Of a DNA stretch of 32,316 bases, positions 23,552 to 31,959 are shown piece by piece. The position numbers and the translations under genes are program-made. Positions within the stretch are counted from its first letter, which is position 1; each line of letters starts with the position of its first letter. The notes under the pieces were generated by a model. The model worked only from the letters and a program-made list of their open reading frames with translations, made no database searches and was not told where the DNA came from. Source of the stretch: an uncultured archaeon (GTDB lineage Archaea > Aenigmatarchaeota > Aenigmatarchaeia > CG10238-14 > SCSR01); NCBI GenBank assembly GCA_964606565.1, contig CAZSGV010000001.1, positions 1 to 32,316 of the forward strand. The letters are read 5' to 3'.

Positions 23552-23643
23552 ATTACAATTTACGAACCTTAAAAATAAAATAACCTTTTTAATTCTTTTG
23601 TTGAATATAAATCTTAGCTGGTAAATCAATCTTAGCTGATAAA

Positions 23644-24873
23644 ATGATATTTCAAATAATATATCTGATTTTGCTGTTTTTTGGAACGTTTTTTATAGTA
23701 TTCCATCTCAATCTTTGGTTTGAAAACAAGGAAAACATTTTTTTGCAAAGCACAGTCAAAACCATGCCCACTATCAGCTTGATCGTACCTGCCTATGATG
23801 AAGAAGATATCATAGAAGAAACTCTGAAAAAATTAAAAAGCATAAACTATCCAAGAAACAAGCTTGAAGTCATTGTTGTGGATGATGGGAGCACGGACAG
23901 GACCTATGAGACAGCAAAAAGCGCAGTAAAGAAATTCAAATTAAAGCGGATAAAGGTTTTCACTAAGAAAAACGGCGGAAAAGCCTCTGCCCTGAACTTC
24001 GGGATCAAAAAAGCAAAGCACGAATTTATCGCTGTGATGGATGCCGACAGTTTTCTGGGTAAAGATGCTTTGAAAAAATGCATGGAACATTTTGACAGCG
24101 ACAATGTGGCTGCTGTTACTTCCCATATTTTGTGCAGCAAAAAAAAGAATCTTTGGGAGAGGATGCAAGAGATCGAGCTTATGGTAATTGCTGCAACAAG
24201 AAAATTGGGAGAATATGCGAATGTCATCCAGGTGACACCCGGCCCGCTAAGCGTTTATAGAAAAAACATTTTGAAAAAATTGGGCGGGTTTGACGAAAAA
24301 AATCTGGTAGAGGATGTTGAAATCGCTTGGAGGATATTAAAAAACGGGTATAAAATCAGGATGGCTTTTGGCGCGTTTGTCTATAGCCTATATCCGAATT
24401 CGTTTAGAAGATGGTGGAGACAGAGGGTCAGATGGGCAATCGGTGGAATCCAGACTTTATCCAAGTATAAATCAACCATAGGAAACAAACATTATGCTGT
24501 AGGCAGCTTTTTAGTGCCGACTTATCTTTTTGGTTACTCTGCGTCGATATTGGGAATAGGCATTTTCCTTTATCTGCTCGTAGTGAGAGCATTCGAGTTT
24601 CTTTCGTACACATCCGGGGCCGTCTCGCTCGGGCTGAACCCGTTCGCAAGGATTGGATTTGCCTACTATGTGGACTTGAATATAATTATCGGAGCGATCG
24701 TTTTCTTTCTAGCCTTGATGTTGTTTAAGATTTCGATCAGCTTGCACAACTTTAAGATAAGGCGCCGTGACATTCTTTTATTTCTTTTTATATATCCAAT
24801 ATTATTCCCGCTTGTTACTTTACATGGAATTTACAAATATTATAAAGGAGAAAGAAGGTGGCTCACAAAATGA
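23644..24873 (+). CDS. Processive-type membrane GT2 beta-glycan synthase (NodC/IcaA/PgaC-like)
   Basis: 409 aa. N-terminal TM and about 4 C-terminal TMs. Full D,D,D,QxxRW signature: VVDDGSTD, MDADS, LVEDVE, QRVRW (24421-24435). Confidence 0.78.
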   Translation: MIFQIIYLILLFFGTFFIVFHLNLWFENKENIFLQSTVKTMPTISLIVPAYDEEDIIEETLKKLKSINYPRNKLEVIVVDDGSTDRTYETAKSAVKKFKLKRIKVFTKKNGGKASALNFGIKKAKHEFIAVMDADSFLGKDALKKCMEHFDSDNVAAVTSHILCSKKKNLWERMQEIELMVIAATRKLGEYANVIQVTPGPLSVYRKNILKKLGGFDEKNLVEDVEIAWRILKNGYKIRMAFGAFVYSLYPNSFRRWWRQRVRWAIGGIQTLSKYKSTIGNKHYAVGSFLVPTYLFGYSASILGIGIFLYLLVVRAFEFLSYTSGAVSLGLNPFARIGFAYYVDLNIIIGAIVFFLALMLFKISISLHNFKIRRRDILLFLFIYPILFPLVTLHGIYKYYKGERRWLTK

Positions 24874-25517
24874 ATGTTTACAGGAGATCGATTGTTTTAA
24901 CAGTCTTTATTTTTATGATAGGGGTCATGATTGGGTTGTTGATAGACAGCCTCAGAGTAAGCGAAATAACGAAGGGTTTGGCCGAGAGCGAAATAATATG
25001 GGAGGACACAAGGCTGTTAAACATCTACATAGGAAAGCTTGGAGAAGAGCAGTGCGATGCGGCTTTTGAAGAAAACCTTGCTTACAACGATAAAATTTAC
25101 AATTACGGCAAAGAAATCGAGGAGAAAATAGAAGCAACAACCTTTGCACCTGAGGCTGAGCAGCAATGGAGAAGGTATGTTTTGCTTCAATTCCAATTTT
25201 GGCTTAATTCAATCGAGCTGAAGGAAAAATGCAATTTTGATTATTCCAATGTAGTCCATTTGTCTAGAAGAAAAGAATTGGCCAACGGGGAAAAAATAGA
25301 AAACCAACTTCAATCTACGATTTTGCTCGACCTTAAGGAAAAATGCGGGAGGAGCATGATGCTGATTCCGCTAACTGCTGACTCAGATTTGGATACTGTT
25401 AATCTGCTCTTAAGGCATTACGATATAGAAAAATTCCCTGCGGTAATAATCGATGAAGAGTATGTTTTCCAAGGCCTGACCACGCTTGAAAGCCTTGAAA
25501 GTTATGTAAATTGCTAA
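24870..25517 (+). CDS. Membrane-anchored hypothetical protein, translationally coupled to the GT2 synthase
   Basis: ATG 24870 overlaps the synthase stop (ATGA); the track start 24858 is also possible. N-terminal TM IVLTVFIFMIGVMIGLLI, then a soluble domain of unknown fold. Confidence 0.6.
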   Translation: MNVYRRSIVLTVFIFMIGVMIGLLIDSLRVSEITKGLAESEIIWEDTRLLNIYIGKLGEEQCDAAFEENLAYNDKIYNYGKEIEEKIEATTFAPEAEQQWRRYVLLQFQFWLNSIELKEKCNFDYSNVVHLSRRKELANGEKIENQLQSTILLDLKEKCGRSMMLIPLTADSDLDTVNLLLRHYDIEKFPAVIIDEEYVFQGLTTLESLESYVNC

Positions 25518-25864
25518 AGCAACTTCAAATTCTTAGTTATTTTGTCTATTTTATCTTCAGCTGCAGGCCCTATAGCCAAGCAAGTTATCGTGCCGCCCCT
25601 TATTTGTGTGAGTCCTGCATCACTCACAATGAAATTCGACAATTTTGAATAAGCCGCCTTTCTTCTAATGTTTTTTAACTGCTGCAAGCTGTTGACTTTC
25701 AAAACAACCTTTTTCGACCCTTCGCTTTCCCACAGTTTGACAACTCTTTTTCTGGCTTTTTTCATAGACCCGATAGAAGCATGCGCTACTTGAGCAGCCA
25801 GCTTGCCTTTTCCTAATTTCAAATCTTTTCTGACAACAATCACCTGTTTATAGGAACGCAACAT
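25514..25864 (-). CDS. pth2: Peptidyl-tRNA hydrolase, archaeal type (Pth2)
   Basis: 116 aa. KQVIVVRKDLKLGKGKLAAQVAHAS ... DAGLTQI..GT.T.LAIGP is the Pth2 signature. Confidence 0.9.
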   Translation of the reverse strand: MLRSYKQVIVVRKDLKLGKGKLAAQVAHASIGSMKKARKRVVKLWESEGSKKVVLKVNSLQQLKNIRRKAAYSKLSNFIVSDAGLTQIRGGTITCLAIGPAAEDKIDKITKNLKLL

Positions 25865-25879
25865 TCATCACACCAGATT

Positions 25880-26398
25880 TTATATGTTTATGCCAAGAAG
25901 TCTCAGTGCCCAAGGTATTGTGTAAAAGCCTGCGAAAGCAAGTAGCAGGTTCAGTATACATTTGCCTAGCACAGACGCCATTATGAATTTCTTAAAATCG
26001 TAGTTGAACATGCCGCATATGAGACCGAGCACATCATCAGGCAATGGCGTTGCTGCAAAAATCACAATCCAAATAAAGATATTGTCCTTTTTAAACCAAT
26101 TCCTGTATTTTTTCATGTGTTCGCTGTATTTTTTCTCTATGACTTTACCACCGCCTTTGCCGAGCGCATATCCAGTAATCTCGCCAAGTGCTCCTCCAAA
26201 AGCAGCAGACAGACCGACAAACCACGGGTTCATCCATGGCAGTGCCGCTGCTGCAGGGACTATTATAAAAGCCGGTATCGGGAAGATTATTGTTGACGAG
26301 CCTACAAAGCTGACAATGAATATCCCGAGATAACCCAACGAATCCACAGTAGAATTCGCCCAATCATTGAGCTGTATGCCTAATGCTGTGATATTCAT
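25880..26398 (-). CDS. YqaA-like VTT/SNARE-associated-domain membrane protein
   Basis: 172 aa. The pattern FVGSSTIIFPIP...GGALGEITGYALGKGGG ... ATPLPDDVLGLICG ... LGK matches COG1238/YqaA-type proteins. Confidence 0.65.
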   Translation of the reverse strand: MNITALGIQLNDWANSTVDSLGYLGIFIVSFVGSSTIIFPIPAFIIVPAAAALPWMNPWFVGLSAAFGGALGEITGYALGKGGGKVIEKKYSEHMKKYRNWFKKDNIFIWIVIFAATPLPDDVLGLICGMFNYDFKKFIMASVLGKCILNLLLAFAGFYTIPWALRLLGINI

Positions 26399-26473
26399 AA
26401 TTACTTTTACTTTTCAACTCTAAAATTAATATCTAAACTTCCAATTGATATAAAGTATAGGAGGGAATTTGGA

Positions 26474-27007
26474 ATGAGACTAATGGTACCTTTTGCTGAT
26501 GGTTTTGAGGAAATAGAGGCGTTCTCAGTTATGAGTGTGCTGCGCGGAGCCGGCATAGGCGTGGATATGGTCGGCGTTGTAGGTAGCGTGATAACCGGCG
26601 GACATGGCGTGCGTGTGATGATGGACAAACGACTGAACTCTGTGAAAGCAGACGATTATGATGGTATTGTGCTGCCGGGCGGTGGCCACGCTTGTGCGAC
26701 TTTGGGAAAATCAAAAGTCATAATAGACATGATAAAACAGTTCAACGAACGCAGCAAGATTGTTGCAGCAATATGCTACGCTCCCCGTCTTCTTATGCAG
26801 GCCGGCATACTCAACAACCGCAAGGCGACAATCTATCCAGGCTTGGAAAAGGAATTATCCTATCCGCGTGGCGATCGCGTAGTCGTAGACGGCAACATAA
26901 TCACATCGCAAGGTCCGGGCACATCAATAGAATTCGCTCTGGCAATAGTCGAGTTTCTAATGGGTAAAGAAAAAGCAGCTGCGCTTAGAGCAGGTCTAGT
27001 TGTTTGA
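26474..27007 (+). CDS. DJ-1/PfpI/ThiJ family protein
   Basis: 177 aa. FEEIE, DGIVLPGG, nucleophile elbow VAAICYAP, and IITSQGPGTSIEFAL. AGGAGGGA SD upstream. Confidence 0.85.
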   Translation: MRLMVPFADGFEEIEAFSVMSVLRGAGIGVDMVGVVGSVITGGHGVRVMMDKRLNSVKADDYDGIVLPGGGHACATLGKSKVIIDMIKQFNERSKIVAAICYAPRLLMQAGILNNRKATIYPGLEKELSYPRGDRVVVDGNIITSQGPGTSIEFALAIVEFLMGKEKAAALRAGLVV

Positions 27008-27078
27008 ATCGCACAAATTTGTAAAATTTAAATAGCAACACCGATTTATCTTTATAGAAAATTAAAATGCAAAAACAC

Positions 27079-27202
27079 AGCCCCGTGGTGTAGTGGCCAA
27101 GCATACGAGGCTTTGGACTTGACTCATGCGTCTAAAGCGCTGATTTCGAGATGAGGAAACGGAAGAAACCTCGGGACAGCGGTTCGAATCCGCTCGGGGC
27201 TA
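27079..27202 (+). tRNA. tRNA-Gln (UUG) with 51-nt intron at canonical 37/38
   Basis: AGCCCCG..CGAGG-CTTTGG|intron|A-CCTCG-GGAC-AGCGG-TTCGAAT-CCGCT-CGGGGCT-A. The A1:U72 pair is typical of archaeal tRNA-Gln. BHB central helix CUUU/GAAG with bulges GG|A and AA|A. Confidence 0.88.
27117..27167 (+). other. tRNA-Gln intron (51 nt)
   Basis: Sequence ACTTGACTCATGCGTCTAAAGCGCTGATTTCGAGATGAGGAAACGGAAGAA. Internal helix CTCAT/ATGAG. Boundary ambiguous by 1 nt. Confidence 0.75.
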
Positions 27203-27223
27203 TTTCAAGTTCAAACTTAAATT

Positions 27224-27850
27224 TTGAATGCGGATGTGAAAAGATTGTTTGAAACTGCTTTGGTTGCGCTGGTTGAAACGTATGGAAAGCTCGGTCTGAC
27301 AGCTGTGATGATAGTGCAAACGATTATTGCGCCAATACCGTCCGAGGCGCTGCTGCTGTTCGCAGGCGCTGTTATGAATATATACGATGTCCTTGTTTTC
27401 GGCGGTGCGGGTCTTATAATCGGCTCGGTGATTGCGTTTTTCATAGCAAAGCGCGGTGGCAGGCCTGTTGTTGTAAAGATGATTGGTGAAAAGTGGATAG
27501 ATAGTGTTGACACATGGGTTTCAAAAAACGGCGCAAAAGCAATACTTTTCACGCGCCTAATTCCTGTGATTCCATTTGACCTGATAAGTTATGTGAGCGG
27601 TGTTACATCCATAAGCTTTCGTGAATATTTCATTACAACCGTGATTGGTGCGATTCCGCGAACGCTATTCTTGGCATACGCAGGCAGTCTGGCTGGCGGG
27701 CTCATAGTCTCATTGGGCGCTGGCATAGATATTGTGTTTGCAGTTGGCATAGTCGGATTTATCGCACTAGCGTACCTCGAAAGAAAAGGATACATAAGCA
27801 ACTTGGAAAATACTATTATAGGCAGAGTAGTTAAAAGAGTATGGAAATAA
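27224..27850 (+). CDS. TVP38/TMEM64 (DedA-superfamily, VTT domain) membrane protein
   Basis: 208 aa, TTG start in the track (GTG 27236 possible). IAPIPSEALLLFAG, GRP and TRLIPVIPFDLISYVSGVT are typical of the family. Confidence 0.75.
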   Translation: MNADVKRLFETALVALVETYGKLGLTAVMIVQTIIAPIPSEALLLFAGAVMNIYDVLVFGGAGLIIGSVIAFFIAKRGGRPVVVKMIGEKWIDSVDTWVSKNGAKAILFTRLIPVIPFDLISYVSGVTSISFREYFITTVIGAIPRTLFLAYAGSLAGGLIVSLGAGIDIVFAVGIVGFIALAYLERKGYISNLENTIIGRVVKRVWK

Positions 27851-27869
27851 GGAATATGGGAGTGAACGC

Positions 27870-28559
27870 ATGTCAACGAGTCCAAAAGCGGTTTTCAACA
27901 GAGCCAAGAAAGAAAGCAGAAAGCTTTTGACAATCGACGAATCCTTTGAAGTGTTGAAAAGCTACAAAATACCTGTTGCGAGTTACAAAGTTGTGAAAAA
28001 AAAGGAAGACGCGATTAAATTCTCAAGCAAGCTCGGTTACCCTGTTGTTTTGAAGGCAATCTCAAAAAAGATCACGCACAAGACTGATGTGGGCGCGGTT
28101 TCCCTCAATCTCCGGTCCGAAGAAACAACCCGGCAAGCGTTTGACGATATCTTGAAAAACATGAAAAAAGCAAAGGCAAAAGTCGATGGAGTTCTTGTTC
28201 AAAAGGCAATAAACGGCGGTCAGGATATTATGATTGGCGGGAAGAAGGACCCGCAGTTCGGTCAGACCATCGCTTTTGGACCTGGTGGGATATTTGTTGA
28301 GGCATTTGAAGACATTTCATTCCGCGTAGTCCCGATAACAAAGACAGATGCAGAGGAGATGATGAAGGAGACAAAAGGATACAAAATTCTTACTGGGTTT
28401 CGGGGAAAAAAGTACGACACGAATGTGCTCGCAGAGATACTGATGAAAGTCTCGAAGCTGCTGAATGAAAACCAAAACATAACGGAGCTCGACATAAACC
28501 CGATTATTGTTCTGCAGAAAGGCGCGATCGCTGTGGATGCAAGAATTGTTCTGGAGTAA
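27870..28559 (+). CDS. acdB: ADP-forming acetyl/acyl-CoA synthetase, beta subunit (ATP-grasp)
   Basis: 229 aa. L..ES.EVLKSYKIPV, LGYPVVLKAIS..ITHKTDVGAV, LVQK, and LDINPI near the C-terminus. GGGAGTGA SD upstream. Confidence 0.85.
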   Translation: MSTSPKAVFNRAKKESRKLLTIDESFEVLKSYKIPVASYKVVKKKEDAIKFSSKLGYPVVLKAISKKITHKTDVGAVSLNLRSEETTRQAFDDILKNMKKAKAKVDGVLVQKAINGGQDIMIGGKKDPQFGQTIAFGPGGIFVEAFEDISFRVVPITKTDAEEMMKETKGYKILTGFRGKKYDTNVLAEILMKVSKLLNENQNITELDINPIIVLQKGAIAVDARIVLE

Positions 28560-28563
28560 TAGC

Positions 28564-29028
28564 ATGCCTGATTGGAAAACCCATTTCATCTTTTCCCTTT
28601 TTCTCGTTATAGCTTGGATTTCGATTTTTTATTTCACGAATTTTCAATTGAGCGTTGAAAGCATAGTCACAGTCGTTGTTCTTATTGTATTCACCTCCCT
28701 TTTTCCGGACATCGACATGAGGAGGTCAAAAATACGAGACGTGGTTTCTTTCGCCGTTGCCGCTGTAGTAGTTGGAACATATCTTTTATTTTACACAAAC
28801 ACGTGGTACTATGCGCCGATTTATTTTGCTTTGTTATATCTTATTTTGAAGTACATTCCGACAAAGCACCGTGGCATTGCCCACACGTTTAAATTTTCCG
28901 TTTTGTTTTCTTTTGTTTTGGCTGCGATTATCATGGCGTTCGTTCAGTTTTCAATAGAGAATTTTCTGCTTTGGTTTTTCATTGTGTTTTCAAGCTATAG
29001 CCTGCACTTGTTCATTGACAGGTTTTGA
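28564..29028 (+). CDS. DUF457/YdjM-like membrane-bound metal-dependent hydrolase
   Basis: Start placed at MPDWKTH (ATG 28564, 4 nt after the acdB stop). 4-5 TM helices. Motifs LFPDIDMR and HRGIAHT. Confidence 0.65.
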   Translation: MPDWKTHFIFSLFLVIAWISIFYFTNFQLSVESIVTVVVLIVFTSLFPDIDMRRSKIRDVVSFAVAAVVVGTYLLFYTNTWYYAPIYFALLYLILKYIPTKHRGIAHTFKFSVLFSFVLAAIIMAFVQFSIENFLLWFFIVFSSYSLHLFIDRF

Positions 29029-29062
29029 GTTTCTCATAATACGCTTAAATAGTAAGAGGCAA

Positions 29063-29662
29063 TTAGCGACTTGCAGATTCAAAAATCTTTTTGTTCATCT
29101 CGAAATATTTTGGCGGTACTGTATCCTTTATCGCTTCTAGCAGCACGTCTTTCTTTATCGGAATCAGCCCGCGCGCGCTGGCAATGCCGAGCATGTATAT
29201 GTTTGCTGTCACAGCTGTTCCTGTCTCTTTCACCGCGGTGTCGGTGGCATTCACGTCGATTACCTCTTTGGTGAAATCTTTTAATTGTTTTTTCACATCG
29301 TCGAGCGACGGATATTTCTCGTTTGCAACCATAACAGACATGGGTACTGTTTTATGAGTGTTCATTATTATTGTTGTCTTGCTCGAAGATGCAAACTTCG
29401 CTGATCGCAAAGCTTCAAGAGGTTCAAGTGAAATTATAAGGTCAGCGTCGCCAGGCTTGACAAGCGAAGAGTATATTTTTTCGCCGAACCTAATCTGGCA
29501 AGGCACGCTACCACCACGCTGCGAAAGGCCGTGAAGTTCGGACATTTTCACGTCGTAGCCTTGCTTGAGCGCGGCTTCTGTTATTATACCAGCAAGCGTA
29601 AGCAATCCTTGGCCGCCAACGCCTATGACCACGACATTGAACTCTTTCGCGTTTTCTGTCAT
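29063..29662 (-). CDS. iorB: Indolepyruvate:ferredoxin oxidoreductase, beta subunit
   Basis: Start placed at MTENAKEFNVVVIGVGGQGLLT (ATG 29662), overlapping the iorA stop as ATGA. Contains the HGLSQRGGSV motif. Confidence 0.85.
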   Translation of the reverse strand: MTENAKEFNVVVIGVGGQGLLTLAGIITEAALKQGYDVKMSELHGLSQRGGSVPCQIRFGEKIYSSLVKPGDADLIISLEPLEALRSAKFASSSKTTIIMNTHKTVPMSVMVANEKYPSLDDVKKQLKDFTKEVIDVNATDTAVKETGTAVTANIYMLGIASARGLIPIKKDVLLEAIKDTVPPKYFEMNKKIFESASR

Positions 29663-31584
29663 TTCTTTTCCGCCTCTTTTTTTCTCGGTTTTATTTTGCC
29701 TGCTTCGATTAACTGCGAGCATGAAGCACATCCCCAGCACATAGTTTCGTCGATTTGGATGTCGCCCTTGTCATCTTCGTAAAAGGCAGTGCAGGCGTAT
29801 TCCTTCAAAACTTTCTTTTCCTCATCTGTAAGCTCGCCCACAATTTCAAAAGTCGTTATTCCACTTTTACGTTTGTCCCTATAATCAAGCAGATAACATC
29901 TGTGTTTGGCAACAATCACAGATACAGTGTCGTTTTCCAAGAACTCTTTTACTGTCTTTTCCATTTCTTTAAGGTTGTACGGGTCCACGACTTTCACATT
30001 CTTAACACCGCACGCATGAGCTATGTCTTCGATTTTTATCTGTTCAGCAGGCTCACCCATTCCTGTCACACCCATACCCGGGTTTGGTTGGTGACCGGTC
30101 ATAGCAGTTATACGGTTGTCAAGCACAACGACCAGCGCATTGGATTTGTTGTACACCATGTTTATCAGAGCTGGAACTCCTGCGTGGAAGAATGTTGAAT
30201 CGCCAATAACTGTTATCACTTTCTGCTTGGTACCTGTTAAGACTTCGGCCTTCTTTATGCCATGCGTGATTCCCACACTCGCACCCATGGACAGCACGAA
30301 GTCCTGCATCTTGAAAGGCGGGAACACGCCGAGCAAATAACAGCCTATATCACCGCCGAACACAGCATCTGAACCAGCAGCTTTTTTGAGCGCGTAAAAA
30401 GTCGCTCGATGCGGGCACCCTGGGCAAAGTACTGGAAAGCGCCGCGTGATTTTCAGCTTGTCGAACTTTTTCATATGTGCATCATAATCAAATTCTAATT
30501 TTTTCTTCACAGCTTTTGACAATGCACTTATAACAAGCTCTGGAGTGTACTCGCCAGCAACTGAAAAATATTTTTCCACTCCGCATTCTTTTGTTTTTCC
30601 CTTTCCAAGAATCTTCAATTTCGGATTTGCTTCTTTTGCCAGAGCTTGCAATTCCCTTTCCAAAACAGGTTCGAGTTCCTCAACAATCATGACCGATTCA
30701 AGTCCTTTTATGAAATCTTTTATTTTCTTTTCTGGGAGCGGGTGAGTCAGACCAAGTTTAAGCACAGGCAGCTCAATGTCCAGGTCACGCATGGCATCCA
30801 TCACGTAATTGAATGATACACCAAAAGTTATCACGCCCAGCCTGCTTTTGCCAAGCGCGCTCTCGTTCACAATATGATTCAATTCGCTGGTTTCCGAAAC
30901 CTCTGTTCTTATCCTTTCGATTTTTTTGCTGATGTCCTCGTGCATCTTGATTATCTTCGGGGGAAGGTTGTAGTATTTGTCAAAGTTTTTTACAAACTTA
31001 GCTCTTCTACTACCTTTCACAATTTTATCGAGTGTGACAACACCGCGCGTATGGCTGATTCGTGTTGTCAATCGAATGAAAACAGGAATCTTAAACCGCT
31101 CTGATAAATCAAAGGCAATCTTTACAAAATCTATACATTCCTGTGCATTCGACGGTTCAATAACAGGCATGTGTGCTGTCCTCATCAAGTAACGGCTGTC
31201 CTGTTCACTCTGTGCACTGCTCCATCCACTCGGGTCGTCTGCAACAGCAACAACCATACCACCTTCTACGCCAACGTACGCCACAGGCGATATGGAATCA
31301 AATGCCACGTTTAGCCCAAACTGCTTGAAAGAAACCATCGAGCGGATACCGGAAAACGCTGCGCCAGCAGCTGCCTCAAAAGCAACCTTTTCGTTCGTAC
31401 TGTATTCGAAATAAACCCCGGAGTCTTTTGCGATTTTTGAAAAAGTGTCGCCGATCTCCGATGCAGGCGTTCCAGGATAAGTCGACGCGAATTGCACGCC
31501 TGATTCAAGCGCGCCTCTGACAATCGCTTCGTTCCCCAACAAAAGCACTTTTTCGCCAGTCTTGTCAAGAAGAACCTTATGCAT
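29659..31584 (-). CDS. iorA: Indolepyruvate:ferredoxin oxidoreductase, alpha subunit
   Basis: 641 aa. LLGNEAIVRGALESGVQFASTYPGTPASEI, TPP-binding GDSTFFHAG...NRITAMTGHQPNPG, and C-terminal Cys motifs (CWGCASC). Confidence 0.88.
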   Translation of the reverse strand: MHKVLLDKTGEKVLLLGNEAIVRGALESGVQFASTYPGTPASEIGDTFSKIAKDSGVYFEYSTNEKVAFEAAAGAAFSGIRSMVSFKQFGLNVAFDSISPVAYVGVEGGMVVAVADDPSGWSSAQSEQDSRYLMRTAHMPVIEPSNAQECIDFVKIAFDLSERFKIPVFIRLTTRISHTRGVVTLDKIVKGSRRAKFVKNFDKYYNLPPKIIKMHEDISKKIERIRTEVSETSELNHIVNESALGKSRLGVITFGVSFNYVMDAMRDLDIELPVLKLGLTHPLPEKKIKDFIKGLESVMIVEELEPVLERELQALAKEANPKLKILGKGKTKECGVEKYFSVAGEYTPELVISALSKAVKKKLEFDYDAHMKKFDKLKITRRFPVLCPGCPHRATFYALKKAAGSDAVFGGDIGCYLLGVFPPFKMQDFVLSMGASVGITHGIKKAEVLTGTKQKVITVIGDSTFFHAGVPALINMVYNKSNALVVVLDNRITAMTGHQPNPGMGVTGMGEPAEQIKIEDIAHACGVKNVKVVDPYNLKEMEKTVKEFLENDTVSVIVAKHRCYLLDYRDKRKSGITTFEIVGELTDEEKKVLKEYACTAFYEDDKGDIQIDETMCWGCASCSQLIEAGKIKPRKKEAEKK

Positions 31585-31621
31585 AAAGCCACACGCCTCT
31601 AGTTTTTATTAGTGCTGTTAA

Positions 31622-31664
31622 TATATAGATTTGATTTTATATAGATTTCTAATTTTATAGAAAT
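31622..31664 (-). promoter_or_regulatory. Three iterated TATA-like elements (CTATA at a 16-bp period) upstream of iorAB
   Basis: Plus strand TATATAGATTT (31622-31632), TATATAGATTT (31638-31648) and TATAGAAAT (31656-31664). On the ior coding strand these read AAATCTATATA. The proximal copy lies about 40 nt from ATG 31584. Confidence 0.4.
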
Positions 31665-31959
31665 GTCTCAAGTTTTTAAAAAAACAGAAAGGGCGAACAT
31701 GGATAAATCCGCTTGAAAGATAATAAAAAGGAAAAATTAAAAAATTAAAGAAAGGTCAACTTTTATCGCTTCTTCTTCTTCTTTGCTTTCTTCTTTTTTC
31801 TTGCCACCATTTACACCTCAGTGTTTTATAATAATAATTTGTCGGACCTGAATATAAAGATATCTAAAAATTTTTTGAAATTTTTTTTATTTTTTCCATC
31901 TTTTTTTTTCAATTTTTTTCAGGAACAGACCTTTATTTTTAAAAAAACAAATAATCCTT

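Noticed and set aside
23552-23629. N-terminal extensions of track ORFs 22862..23629, 29063..29740 and 28507..29028.
   Set aside because: - Internal ATGs give canonical family N-termini: MRLSIVIPTYNE for GT2, MTENAKEFNVVVIGVGGQG for IorB with an ATGA overlap to iorA, and MPDWKTH for DUF457.
- The extensions run into upstream genes or promoters.
31763-31810. Minus-strand 15-codon ORF MVARKKKKAKKKKKR preceded by GAGGTG.
   Set aside because: - The SD-to-ATG spacing is only 3 nt.
- The sequence is a low-complexity CTT/TTT tract in an intergenic T-rich region.
- It does not resemble L41e or other known basic micro-proteins.
- There is too little evidence to call it.
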